64,000 bases of DNA from an uncultured delta proteobacterium (GCA_963792965.1 CAWBYW010000013.1:160677-224676); one strand, 5' to 3'. Positions 1-10,180 are shown, numbered from the stretch's first letter. The notes: generated by a model not told the origin, from the letters alone. Translations and numbers: made by a program.

Positions 1-1
1 C

Positions 2-598
2 TCCCTTCATGCTACGGTGACCAAGAAGGTGAGGCTCTTTGGGAGCGGGAGCCAGGAGGCGGTGGCGATTGCAAACAGCGTAACGAAGTTTACCCATGAT
101 ATATACTTTGCCCATAGGAATTTCAGGGGCGGGAGATATACGGCGGGGTTCTGGTCGATGGCCAACCACGTCGCATTTGGGACATTGGCCGGGGCGCTTC
201 CTTCAGGGAGACGTGCGGGGAAGGCTTTCACCCCCGGCCTTACCCCTTCACCCAACGCGAGCAATAATATCCTTGATAATATCAGGGATGTTGCACAGCT
301 GGATCCGAGGAACATGAATAATAATATCGCCTTTAATGTAAAGATCGTCCCCGCCATGACCCACAGTCACGAGAGGACCGTTGATATTATGCATTCACTG
401 GTAAAGACCTATTTTGACCTCGGCGGGATGCAGATGCAGCTCAATGTCGTGAACTCGGACATGCTCAAAGACGCGATGTATCATCCTGAGGACTATCAGA
501 ATCTTTTGGTGCGGATCTCCGGATACAATGCGTATTTTGTAACGCTAAATAAGGACATGCAGCATGAGCTTATCGAGCGCGCGGAGTATGGGATATAG
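2..598 (+). CDS. Glycyl-radical enzyme (PFL-like family), C-terminal part; 5' end lies outside the window
   Basis: Frame open from base 2; C-terminal glycyl-radical motif LLVRISGYNAYF and GGMQMQLNVV. Confidence 0.9.
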   Translation, partial: SLHATVTKKVRLFGSGSQEAVAIANSVTKFTHDIYFAHRNFRGGRYTAGFWSMANHVAFGTLAGALPSGRRAGKAFTPGLTPSPNASNNILDNIRDVAQLDPRNMNNNIAFNVKIVPAMTHSHERTVDIMHSLVKTYFDLGGMQMQLNVVNSDMLKDAMYHPEDYQNLLVRISGYNAYFVTLNKDMQHELIERAEYGI

Positions 599-746
599 GA
601 TGAATAGCTAAAGGAAGGCGGCTGCGGCCTGACCGCTAGGAGCCGAAGACAGGTGCGGTTTTTGCCAGACTAACCGGAGCTTGCGCTGACAAAAGCCAGT
701 TGTTATTCGTCAGTCCTGCTACTAGTAATCTATCATGGAGGCATAC

Positions 747-1760
747 ATGAAGGCATTGATGCTCAAGGGTATACGCGACCTGGCGCTCATGGACGTCCCC
801 GTGGCGTCGGTCGGGCCGCGGGACGTGAAAATCAGGGTTGCCGAATGCGGACTCTGCGGCACGGATCACTCGGTCTACGCCGGGACGCTCGTGCTGCCGG
901 GAAGTTTCCCGTTCTACATGGGGCACGAGCTCTCGGGGATCGTGGAAGAGGTGGGGCCCGACGTGAAGGATATCGCGGTGGGCCAGCTGGTCGTCACCAA
1001 TCCGGTCCGCTACTGCGGCGACTGCTATCGTTGTCGCAACGGCCAGCAACACTACTGCGAGCGACTCTTTGAACTCTGGAAACCCAACGGAGGTTTTTCA
1101 GAGTTCGTCGTGGCCGACCGCCAGCAGGTCTTCGCGGTTCCGGACGGAATAAAGCCCGACGTCGCGGCATTCGCCGAACCCGTGTCGGTCTGCATCCACT
1201 GCATCGACATGGCAGGCATCAAATCGGGCATGGCGGTGGCCATCACCGGGGCGGGCCCCATCGGGCTGATCCTTATGCAGCTTGCCAGGCTCTCGGGGGC
1301 CTCTCTCATCTTCGTTACGGAGCCGGTGGCCTCAAAGAGGAAACTCGCTCAAAAGCTCGGCGCCGATGTGGTCGTTGATCCTACGAAGGATGACGTGATC
1401 GGCAAAGGTTTTGAGGCAACGGGATACAAGGGGTTTGACGTGGTGATCGAGGCCTCCGGCAACGCCGCAGCGGCAAACGAGGCACTGGGGATCACCGGGA
1501 TGAAGTCGACGCTCTTTTTCTTTGCGGTCTACCCGGCGGACTTTACGATCCCCATCTCGCCGTTTACCATGTACACCAAAGAGATGACGATCAAGGCGGT
1601 CTTCTTCTCTCCCTATACATTCCCGCGGGCGATAAACATGCTTGGGAAGCTGGATCTCGTTTCCCTGATCTCCCACCGGTTTAAGCTGGCCGACGCCCAT
1701 AAGGCTTTTGATGCCCACGAGACGGGTGAAGCGGTAAAAGTCATGGTCAACTGCGCCTGA
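747..1760 (+). CDS. Zn-dependent alcohol/polyol dehydrogenase (MDR family, sorbitol/threonine DH-like)
   Basis: CGLCGTD, GHE, structural Zn CGDCYRCRNGQQHYC, GAGPIG; GGAGG RBS upstream. Confidence 0.9.
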   Translation: MKALMLKGIRDLALMDVPVASVGPRDVKIRVAECGLCGTDHSVYAGTLVLPGSFPFYMGHELSGIVEEVGPDVKDIAVGQLVVTNPVRYCGDCYRCRNGQQHYCERLFELWKPNGGFSEFVVADRQQVFAVPDGIKPDVAAFAEPVSVCIHCIDMAGIKSGMAVAITGAGPIGLILMQLARLSGASLIFVTEPVASKRKLAQKLGADVVVDPTKDDVIGKGFEATGYKGFDVVIEASGNAAAANEALGITGMKSTLFFFAVYPADFTIPISPFTMYTKEMTIKAVFFSPYTFPRAINMLGKLDLVSLISHRFKLADAHKAFDAHETGEAVKVMVNCA

Positions 1761-1771
1761 AGGAGGAGCCC

Positions 1772-2535
1772 ATGAAACGATTGCAGGATAAGATCGCCCT
1801 CGTCACGGGTGGCGGCGGGGGGATCGGTGGGGCGATCGCCGTCGCCTACGCAAAAGAGGGGGCCCGTGTCTGCGTTACCGACATTAAAGAGCCGGGGATG
1901 GACGAGGTTTTGGCCGAGGTGGAAAAGGCGGGGGGGAGGGGATGAAGTTCGCCCTGGACGTGAGTAACAGCAGCGCGGTGGACCGGATGGTTAAGGATAT
2001 CGTCACGAAATTTGGCGCCGTGGATATCCTGGTCAACACGGCCGGGATCTTTCACGTCAAGTCGATCGTTGAGATTGACGATGAGTCGTGGGACCGTGTC
2101 CTCAAGACTCATCTCTACGGCACGTTTTACTGCATCCGGGCGGTCCTCAGAGAATCAATGCTGGCCAGGAACACAGGCCGCATTATCAACATAGCATCGC
2201 TTGCCCCCTATGTGGGCGGCCCACCCCGGACGGGCGTGGCAGAATATTCCGCTGCCAAGGGGGGGATCGTGGGGCTCAACAAGGCGGTAGCAAAGGAGGT
2301 TGCCTACACCGACATCAACGTCAACGCCATAGCCCCCGGTTATATCAACACGCCCATGACGGCGGACCTCTACGCCGAAGGGCCCATTAGAGACGCGCTC
2401 CAGACCTGGAAGATCGCCAAAGGACGGGTCGGCGTGCCGGAGGACCTCGTCGGGACGGCGATATTCTTGGCCAGCGACGACTCCGCCTACATTACCGGAC
2501 AGGTCATCTTCGTGGACGGGGGCTCGATAGGCTGA
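1772..2535 (+). CDS. Short-chain dehydrogenase/reductase (SDR); apparent 1-nt frameshift at ~1930-1941
   Basis: MKRLQDKIALVTGGGGGIG from 1772 after AGGAGG joins ORF 1942-2535 (YSAAK, NAIAPG) across a G-run. Confidence 0.85.
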
Positions 2536-2573
2536 GTCACGCTTCCGCTCAGATACACAAGGAGGATATCGGT

Positions 2574-3440
2574 ATGCAGAAGAAAGACTTTAAATCAAGA
2601 GATCAACTCCTGGACTTCCTCGACGACAAGGCCGAGTGGCTCAGGAGGGAGATCATACGGTTGTCGTCCATCGCCGGAGGGTCGCACCTCGGGGGCGGGC
2701 TCTCCATGACCGACATCATCGTTGCCGTCTACTACTATGCCATGAACCTGAAGCAGGGCGACCCCACATGGGCTGACCGGGATCGCTTCATCCTCTCCAA
2801 GGGGCACGGTGCCATCGCCTACTGCCCGGTGCTCGCGGACCAGGGCTTTTTCTCACCCGACTGGCTCAATACCTTCAATAACCTCGACAGCCCCTTTGGA
2901 ATGCACCCGGATATGAAAAAGATCCCCGGGTGCGACATGAGCACGGGATCGTTGGGACATGGCCTTTCCGTGGCGGTGGGGATGGCGCTTACCGCCCGGC
3001 TTGACAAGAAGAACTGGCGGGTCTTTGTCCTCATGGGGGACGGCGAAATCAACGAGGGGATGGTTTGGGAGGGGGCGGCGGCGGCGTCCCACTTCAAGCT
3101 GGGCAACATCGTGGCGATCATCGACAGAAATACGCTGTCGCTGGACGGCCCCACGGAGGAGATCATGGCCATAGAGCCGATCGCCAAGCGATGGGAGGCC
3201 TTCGGGTGGCGCGTCTTTGACATCGACGGGCACGACATGGGCGCCCTCGTGGACACACTGGACAAGCTCCCGCCGTCGTCCGATCCCACGCCCACGCTCA
3301 TCGTCGCCCGGACGGTGAAGGGAAAGGGAGTCGATTTCATGGAGAATAACCCCATCTGGCACTATGCGGGGCTGGACAAGGCCAAATCGCAGGAGGCCTT
3401 GACCTGTATCGGGAACTGCCGCCCGAAAAGGAGGTCGTAA
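2574..3440 (+). CDS. Transketolase, N-terminal (ThDP-binding) subunit
   Basis: RDRFILSKGH, STGSLGHG, GDGE...N ThDP motif, RTVKGKG. Confidence 0.92.
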   Translation: MQKKDFKSRDQLLDFLDDKAEWLRREIIRLSSIAGGSHLGGGLSMTDIIVAVYYYAMNLKQGDPTWADRDRFILSKGHGAIAYCPVLADQGFFSPDWLNTFNNLDSPFGMHPDMKKIPGCDMSTGSLGHGLSVAVGMALTARLDKKNWRVFVLMGDGEINEGMVWEGAAAASHFKLGNIVAIIDRNTLSLDGPTEEIMAIEPIAKRWEAFGWRVFDIDGHDMGALVDTLDKLPPSSDPTPTLIVARTVKGKGVDFMENNPIWHYAGLDKAKSQEALTCIGNCRPKRRS

Positions 3441-3441
3441 G

Positions 3442-4438
3442 ATGGCCGATGACGTACAAAAATCGATCGTTCTGGATTTCACCTATACTACCGATACCTA
3501 CGACCAGTTTACCCAGGCCGAGGTCTACGGCAAGGTGATCACGAAGATGGCCGAAGCCAATAAAGACATCGTCGTCCTCACCTCCGACATGACCCGTTCT
3601 AACAAGACCGGCAGACTTCAAGAAGTCCTTCCCTGAGCGCTTCTTCAACTTCGGGATCGCTGAGGCTAACATGTTCGCGGCCTCGGCCGGCATGGCCACC
3701 TGCGGCAAGATCCCGTTCGTCACGACGTTTGCGGTCTTCGCGTCGCTCCGCTGCGCCGAGATGATCAGGACGGATATCGCTTACCCGAACCTCCCGGTCA
3801 GGATCATCGCAACGCATGCGGGACTTTCGCAGGGAAACGGCGGTACGACACACCACTCCACCGAGGACATCGCGATCCTCAGGTCGATGGCCAACATGAC
3901 CGTGATCGTACCGGCGGACTCAATCGAGACGGGGAAAGCGGTGGCCGCGACGGCCAAGATAAAGGGTCCCGTTTATATCCGTATTGGGAGGGCGCTGGAG
4001 CCGATGGCGTACCCTGATGACAACTACGACTTTACAATCGGCAAGGCCGTCATCATGCGGGATTACGGCAAAGATGCAGCCGTTATTGCGTGTGGTGTGG
4101 CGGTAAAGGCGGCCTGCGATGCAGCAGATGAGCTGAAAGAGAAGGGAGTTAAGATCAGGGTCGTCAACATGCACACGATCAAGCCGCTGGATATCGACGC
4201 GCTCATGAAAGCCGCAAAGGATATCGGAAAGATTATCACCGCCGAGGAGCACAGCATCGTCGGCGGGCTTGCCGGCGCGGTGTCGGAGGCGCTGACGGAG
4301 GCAGGGGTAGCGGTAAAGTTCAAGAGGCTGGGGGTGCCGGATATCTTTTCAGCCATCGGGTACCCGGACGAGCTCTACGCCCGCTATAAGATCAACAAGG
4401 ACGGGATCGCTGAGGCAGTCAAGAATATCGTATCGTAG
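3442..4438 (+). CDS. Transketolase, C-terminal subunit; apparent frameshift at ~3605-3615
   Basis: ORF 3442 continues in another frame as DFKKSFPERFFNFGIAEANM; GGTTHHSTED, GPVYIR, EEHSIVGG. Confidence 0.88.
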
Positions 4439-4451
4439 CGGAGCCCATTGA

Positions 4452-4491
4452 GAACCGCCCCATTCGCTCTCGGTTTGGGGCGGTTCCTTTT
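4452..4491 (+). terminator. Intrinsic terminator after the transketolase genes
   Basis: GAACCGCCCCA...TGGGGCGGTTC stem followed by a T-run. Confidence 0.7.
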
Positions 4492-4553
4492 GGTACCTGA
4501 TTCGGTCATTCCATCCTTCCAATCTATTAAAGCCTTTCGGTTTTTCTTGCGCC

Positions 4554-5171
4554 TCACTCCCCTCCCTTCTTCACGCGGTGGATGCAGTGAGGTGCACCCA
4601 TAGCCATGCAGGCCTCTTCCCGCGCAACCCACCCTTCCTTTCCCGTCGCCCAGGCGAGGATCCCCGTAACAAAGCCCGAGGTAACGTGGCAGACGGGCGT
4701 CTTGCTCGTCAGGCCGAAGGAATGCGTATTCTCGTCGATGTGATAGAGCAGGTCCTGTCCGTCGGCTTGAGCCCACGCCTTGCTGTCGGTCTCCGCCGCC
4801 ACCACCCCCGCCGCCAGCTCAAGCGCGGTCTTGGCGGTATCAAACTCGCTCATCCCGGAAAAGATCTGCCGCGCTGCCGCGACAGTATCCGGGTTTTCCT
4901 CGAGTCCCCATTTGGCCTGCATCTTCCCCACCTGGAAGAGGATCGCGGCAGCTCCATTATCGCCGAAGATATCAGCAACCCCCCTGTCCGCGACCGCGAC
5001 TTCCGACGCAAGGCAACGGTTTTTCTCGTGGTCGTTGGGCGGGAGATTATCCCGGTACTTCGCGAGCTTCGCGTAGTTGAGCACCGTGTTAAGGCCGTTT
5101 TCCCCGATGATTTCCCGGATGCCGAGGAGCACTACCCGAAACGTCATGTTGCTGATGAAGCGGTCTTCCAT
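4554..5171 (-). CDS. Stand-alone V4R (4-vinyl reductase) domain protein
   Basis: PVCHVTSG...EEACMAMGAPHC V4R cysteine pattern; GAGGTG RBS before MEDRF. Confidence 0.75.
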   Translation of the reverse strand: MEDRFISNMTFRVVLLGIREIIGENGLNTVLNYAKLAKYRDNLPPNDHEKNRCLASEVAVADRGVADIFGDNGAAAILFQVGKMQAKWGLEENPDTVAAARQIFSGMSEFDTAKTALELAAGVVAAETDSKAWAQADGQDLLYHIDENTHSFGLTSKTPVCHVTSGFVTGILAWATGKEGWVAREEACMAMGAPHCIHRVKKGGE

Positions 5172-5529
5172 GATACACCTCACGAAATGTTACAACACGT
5201 ACGCGGGCACCTGGATCTATCAGGCGAGAGCATGGACGTTTACGATTATACCATGAACTGCTTTCATGTCGGAAGAAGAAATATGGACCCGCCGATAAAC
5301 CAGATAATTCTCCGCCGAAACGCTCCACATACTCCTCCTGGATATCCTCTACGGTATACTTTAAGTATTCTTGGTACTCTTGATTGGGAAATGGCCGGGG
5401 AGGTGCTTCAGGTTTGCGAAGTTGTTGATGCTATTAGGGAAGTGGGCCGCAAAGAAACGACGGAGGGCATTGGGTGGACACGAACTGAAAATGAGTCAGG
5501 CACCCAATCGCGTAACTCATTGAAATCAT

Positions 5530-5604
5530 TGGAGCCGGAGGGGAGGGTTGAACTCCCGACCTGATGATTACGAATCAACTGCTCTACCACTGAGCTACTC
5601 CGGC
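5530..5604 (-). tRNA. tRNA-Thr (anticodon CGT) with encoded CCA
   Basis: Reverse complement GCCGGAG TAGCTCAGTGGTAGAGC AGTTGATT CGT AATCATC AGGTCGGGAGTTCAACCCTCCC CTCCGGC TCCA folds as a cloverleaf. Confidence 0.95.
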
Positions 5605-5620
5605 CCATCTGATTTTATCA

Positions 5621-5649
5621 AAACTATATCTTTTGTTCCTTTTTGTCAA
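5621..5649 (-). promoter_or_regulatory. Putative sigma70 promoter of tRNA-Thr
   Basis: TTGACA-N17-TAGTTT on the minus strand just upstream of the tRNA. Confidence 0.55.
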
Positions 5650-5790
5650 GCACTTGGTGGATAAAAAATTGTCCTCACTGCGTATCCGGCGCGGCCGGGC
5701 GCGTAAGAGCTCCCTTTCAATATCAAAAAGCTCTTGCGGTTATACCTCCTTCTGTGTTACCTTTTAGCTCCAACCAACAAGGAGCCGACG

Positions 5791-6240
5791 ATGGAATCAA
5801 TACCGTCTCCGTACGTCTCGCGGGGATACCGCGCCTACATCCTGATCGCGGGCCTCTACGACATGCTCGTCGGCCTCTCCTCGTTCTTTATCTATCCGGT
5901 CACGTACGTGCTGATGAGCACCCTTGACCCGTACCTTCCGATGACTGCCGCCGGGTCCATCGAGATGATGCACCTGAAGATGAACGGTGTCTTCATGATC
6001 TTCGTCGGCTTCGGCTACCTCTTCCCATACCTGAACTACGAAAAGTTCAAGTTCTATATCCCCGTCTTCGGAATCGGCCTCAGAGTATGGGGCGGCGCCT
6101 TCCTCGTCTGGGCGTGTCTCTTCTGGGCGGTTCCCGTCACCTACTGTATCCTCGGGATTGTGGATCTCCTTCTTGCGGGAGGGTTCGTGATGTTCCTCTT
6201 GGGCTACCGGAAAAAACGGATCCACATCAGGAACTATTGA
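5791..6240 (+). CDS. Hypothetical integral membrane protein (~4 TM helices)
   Basis: AAGGAG RBS; four hydrophobic segments. Confidence 0.7.
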   Translation: MESIPSPYVSRGYRAYILIAGLYDMLVGLSSFFIYPVTYVLMSTLDPYLPMTAAGSIEMMHLKMNGVFMIFVGFGYLFPYLNYEKFKFYIPVFGIGLRVWGGAFLVWACLFWAVPVTYCILGIVDLLLAGGFVMFLLGYRKKRIHIRNY

Positions 6241-6296
6241 AGCCGTCTCGCGTCCGGTACGTCCGATACGCGGCGAGGCATGCGGCCGGCCTTTTC

Positions 6297-7460
6297 CTAC
6301 GAGCGAATCGGATACTTTCCGTATTGCCTGACCGCCTCCATCATGTACCGGATGTTTTCCACCTTGATATCGGCGTGGGAGTTACACGGGCCCAGTATGA
6401 GCCCGCCGCCCGGCGCCGCCTTCCGGATCACCTCGCGGACGTGATCGTAGACTTCCTCCCGTGTCCCGTGCGAGAGGACATGGGCGATGTCCAGATGTCC
6501 CAACAGCGAGAGCTTGTGCCCCACGGCACCCCTGACCTCCCCGAGGTCCACGCCCGCCGTCGGCTCCAGCGAGTGCTGGCCGTCAAAACCCCATTTGATG
6601 AAGTAGGGAAGGAGCGGCATCGTGTTGCCGTCCGTATGGATGATGATCGGGAGGCCCTTCTTGTGGGCGCGGTCGGTGATCTCGCGGAACGCTTTTCCCC
6701 AGAGCTCTTCCATGAGCAGGGGATTTAACATCGGGCCGGATTTGTAGGCCATGTCGTCGGAGTAAATGATCCCGGGCAACCCCGCGTCGGCCGAAGCGTC
6801 TACGCACTTGAGATACCAATTCTTATTGTATTCGATGGCTTGTTCGATAAAGCCCCGCTCCTTTTTGAGGAGACGCGTAAAGATCGGAAAGCCGAAGGGC
6901 TGCCAGATGTTCTCGAAGACCCCGTAGAGATGGGAGCCGAACAGGTAGATATCATTTCCGAATTCCTTCTTGATCTTCACGTTGAAACGGAACATCTTTT
7001 CCGGGAAGCGCTCCCACGCCCTTTTCGAGAGGCGGCGCCAATCCTCGGGCGACTTCAGCATGCCGCCGATGTACATCGGGGTATCCATGTTGCCGTAGCC
7101 GTCGTCCACGACCTTGTAGAGGCGGCCGAAGATGTCGGTCATATGTTTTGAGTCCTTGATGAGGAAGATATTGGCGTAGAGCGCCCAGGTGGCGTCATAT
7201 CCCATGATCACGTCGGAAGTGAGCTTCTTCATCATGAACTCCCACACGTCGCGCTCGAAAAGCCCCATCCTGTTGAGGAGCGGGGCGCCGATGTCGATGA
7301 GCCGGGCGGTGAAAGGGTTCATAAAATACTTGTAGGAGTTGTCGGGCTTCTCGCCCAGGATGTCGTAGATCTGTTTCTGGACGTCGATGCAGGAGATCGT
7401 GGGGACGACGTCGGGCTCCCGGTGGGCCAGCGCCGCCTTGACTCGTTCGATCTTATCCAT
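6297..7460 (-). CDS. Uroporphyrinogen decarboxylase / MtaA-CmuA methyltransferase family protein
   Basis: ERVKAALAHREPDVVP start, SDDMAYKSGPM, IIIHTDGN, GGGLILGPCNS. Confidence 0.8.
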   Translation of the reverse strand: MDKIERVKAALAHREPDVVPTISCIDVQKQIYDILGEKPDNSYKYFMNPFTARLIDIGAPLLNRMGLFERDVWEFMMKKLTSDVIMGYDATWALYANIFLIKDSKHMTDIFGRLYKVVDDGYGNMDTPMYIGGMLKSPEDWRRLSKRAWERFPEKMFRFNVKIKKEFGNDIYLFGSHLYGVFENIWQPFGFPIFTRLLKKERGFIEQAIEYNKNWYLKCVDASADAGLPGIIYSDDMAYKSGPMLNPLLMEELWGKAFREITDRAHKKGLPIIIHTDGNTMPLLPYFIKWGFDGQHSLEPTAGVDLGEVRGAVGHKLSLLGHLDIAHVLSHGTREEVYDHVREVIRKAAPGGGLILGPCNSHADIKVENIRYMMEAVRQYGKYPIRS

Positions 7461-7634
7461 AGGACACCTCGAATATGGTTGATATATTGTATGATTGTGA
7501 TCTAATGACCTCGTTTTGAGCCTTCCGTGGCCCTCCCTCACGACCGGATTCGATGCCACGGGCCCTGGGGCGCGTCGTGGGCCTTGTCCGGCCCAATGGC
7601 GCGTCACGGTCCGCCGCGCCGATCGAATGTACGA

Positions 7635-8750
7635 CTAATCCCTCAAGAACCAGCGTTTCGCGATCAGCTCTCGCCGCAAGAGTCCGCTTCCCGCGGCGCG
7701 CCTTCCGAACGAGATGCCGGCCCATGCGGGCATATATGACATGAGGGAAAGGAGCCGGGGGCTATAGGGCCTGCCGAGCCTGCCCGTGAGACGCTCGACA
7801 TAGCTCGACAACGCGTGCCGGGAATAGTTACCCCGAGCCTCGATAATCGTCTCGGCCGCAAGCAGGCCCGAAAAGATCGCCGGCCCGATACCCTCGCCCG
7901 ACATGTTATACGCCACCCCCGCGGCGTCACCGGAAAGCAGAAACCTGTCGGAGACAAGGGTGCGGGTAGTTGTGCGCATGAGCTTATAGGCGTGGCCGAT
8001 AAACGGCTCGAGGGGATTTCGTCGGGGATCGGGCAGCATCGTTTTACCCGCAAGGCGCGCCATGAGCGCTCCCCGGTGGGATTTCAGCGCAGGACCCATC
8101 GTCGTCCCCACCCCGATATTGAGATAGTTCCCCTTGGGAAAGTACCACCCGTATCCCGAAAAATCGTCGTTGAAGATGATCTGGGGGACGTCCGGTATTG
8201 GAGAGATCGCGGCCATCACGGCGTGGGGAAGCCGCGTCTCGGAGACGACGGCCGTGACGAACTGCTCGTCCGGCCGTATATGGCCCATCTTGCGGGCAAT
8301 CGGGCAGCGATGGCCCCCGGCGCCGATGACGACCCGCCCGCGGTAGGCGCCGTTGATCACCACGGAATCCGCGTCATCTTTTACCGCGGTGACGCGCGTC
8401 CCCTGGACGATAGAGGCGCCTTTTATCCGCGAAAGAAGAAATGAGTCAAACTCGCGCCTGATGATCCCGTACCCCATGGTGCGGTCGAACGCGACGGGAT
8501 GCGGGATTTGATGTTCGTCCCAGATGACCAGAGAGGAAAACGGGACGACCGTCCCCTTTCTTGCATATTGGTCGGGGCCGACCCCGATGAGGTCGAAGAC
8601 CCACGGCGAAACCCAACCCGCGCAGGGCTTGAGGCGGGGGAAGGTGTTCTGCTCGAGGATGAGGACCGAGAGGCCTTCAGACGCGAGGAGTCGGGCCGCC
8701 GTGCTGCCGGCCGGCCCCGCCCCCACGACGATCACATCGTATAGTTCCAT
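7635..8750 (-). CDS. FAD-dependent geranylgeranyl-reductase-family oxidoreductase (TmpA-like)
   Basis: VVGAGPAG, FPRLKPCAGW, GYGWYFPK, GDAAG...SGEGI; overlaps the upstream cfa-like gene. Confidence 0.8.
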   Translation of the reverse strand: MELYDVIVVGAGPAGSTAARLLASEGLSVLILEQNTFPRLKPCAGWVSPWVFDLIGVGPDQYARKGTVVPFSSLVIWDEHQIPHPVAFDRTMGYGIIRREFDSFLLSRIKGASIVQGTRVTAVKDDADSVVINGAYRGRVVIGAGGHRCPIARKMGHIRPDEQFVTAVVSETRLPHAVMAAISPIPDVPQIIFNDDFSGYGWYFPKGNYLNIGVGTTMGPALKSHRGALMARLAGKTMLPDPRRNPLEPFIGHAYKLMRTTTRTLVSDRFLLSGDAAGVAYNMSGEGIGPAIFSGLLAAETIIEARGNYSRHALSSYVERLTGRLGRPYSPRLLSLMSYMPAWAGISFGRRAAGSGLLRRELIAKRWFLRD

Positions 8751-9949
8751 TGCGCCCGGCCGGGCTCCTTGGTATAGAGGTATTCGCGCGTCAGCTCCTC
8801 GCGGTTGTCTTCTCCGTTGCTGAAGATCACCTGGTAGAGGGCAAGCCCCCCCCACTTGAAGGCGACGGACGAGGAGTTGAGATAGAGACGCCACATACGG
8901 ATGAAGCGCTCGTCGAATTTCTCCCGCACAACATCGAGGTTACTCTCGAAACGCTGCGCCCAGAGGTCAAGCGTCCTGGCGTAGTGCAGCCTGAGGTTTT
9001 CCACGTCCCGGACGAAGAACCCCGCCTTCTCAAAGGGGACAAGGACCTCCGACAGCGCCGGGGTATAGCCGCCCGGAAAGATATACTTGGCGATCCAGGC
9101 GTCACCCCTCTTGGGGGTAACCTTCCCGATGAAGTGAACCACTCCCCGGCCGCCCTTCTTGAGCGTGCGCCCGATGACGTCGACAAAGGTCCGGTAATTG
9201 TCCGGCCCTACGTGCTCGAGCATCCCGATGGAGATGAACTTGTCGAAAACGCCCTCGGCCTTTCGGTAGTCTTCCTCGAGAAACGTGACAAGCCGGTCCA
9301 CTTCCGCCTCCTCGGCGAGCCTCCGCGCGTAGCCGATCTGTTCCTTCGAGATGTTATATGCCTTTACCGTGACCCCATAGTTTTTCGCGGCAAAGACCGC
9401 CAGTCCCCCCCAGCCACAGCCCGTCTCGATAACCGTCTCGCCCTTTTTCAGGTCGGCCTTTCTGCAGACGTAGTCCATTTTTTCCCTCTGGGACGTGTCC
9501 AGGCTACCGCACGGGTCCGTAAAATAGGAGCAGGTGTATTGGAGGTTTTCATCCAGCCACAGCCGATAGAAGTCGTTGGAGATGTCGTAGTGATGGGTGA
9601 TGTTCCTGCGAGAGCCGGCAAAGGTGTTCCGGTTTCTGAATGAGGCGGCAAGCTCCGAGAGGTTGGTGAAGAACGCGCCAAGAGAGCCCCCGGACGGCAT
9701 CCGGGCGGCGGCGGCGAGGAGCTGTTGGAGGTCACCCTCCACCTCGATCTCTCCGTTCATATACCCCTCGCCGAAGCCGAGGGGGAGCCCCTTGAAGAGC
9801 CTGCGGGCGGAGGCCTTTGTCTTGAAGCTGACCCGGGCCAGGGGCGTCCCTTCTCCATATTTCTTCGTGGTGTTGTTCCAATAGCTGATCTCGACGGGGA
9901 TAGGGCTGTCTTTGAGAAGAGTATCGATAACACGCTGTGATATGTTCAT
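8732..9949 (-). CDS. Cyclopropane-fatty-acyl-phospholipid synthase-like SAM methyltransferase (TmpB-like)
   Basis: HHYDISNDFY, QYTCSYF, ETGCGWGG, SIGMLEHVG, YIFPGG, HYARTL. Confidence 0.88.
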   Translation of the reverse strand: MNISQRVIDTLLKDSPIPVEISYWNNTTKKYGEGTPLARVSFKTKASARRLFKGLPLGFGEGYMNGEIEVEGDLQQLLAAAARMPSGGSLGAFFTNLSELAASFRNRNTFAGSRRNITHHYDISNDFYRLWLDENLQYTCSYFTDPCGSLDTSQREKMDYVCRKADLKKGETVIETGCGWGGLAVFAAKNYGVTVKAYNISKEQIGYARRLAEEAEVDRLVTFLEEDYRKAEGVFDKFISIGMLEHVGPDNYRTFVDVIGRTLKKGGRGVVHFIGKVTPKRGDAWIAKYIFPGGYTPALSEVLVPFEKAGFFVRDVENLRLHYARTLDLWAQRFESNLDVVREKFDERFIRMWRLYLNSSSVAFKWGGLALYQVIFSNGEDNREELTREYLYTKEPGRAQWNYTM

Positions 9950-10180
9950 CGCCTCCTCCTCCGTGAAAGTTGCCGAGAGATGAATATGATGAATTATTCT
10001 ACCACCACTCGGACAAATCCACAATTCTTTTTGCCACCGGTGCAATATCGTGCGTGACGAGGAGCCGTCGGCCGACAAAACCTGCGGTCATTTGACATCC
10101 CGGAGGCGCCTTGGGAAAACCCGGATCTTTCTGGAGGGAATATCCTTTACTTGCCCGAGAAAACGTGATAGAAAACAGGC

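Noticed and set aside
1921-1945. Frameshifts in SDR, transketolase (~3610), phosphoesterase B1 (~14915), selenoprotein (~27755), 3D protein (~39745) and cysE (~61067) read as phase variation or pseudogenes
   Set aside because: Nearly all are single-base indels in short homopolymers and also affect housekeeping genes, consistent with sequencing error. Phase variation at an individual site cannot be excluded without reads.
4578-5564. Long alternative-frame ORFs (e.g. 4578-5564, 24767-25876, 54438-55682, 55955-57568, 58363-59493)
   Set aside because: They overlap well-supported genes or the tRNA on the opposite strand and lack recognisable motifs; typical GC-rich shadow ORFs.
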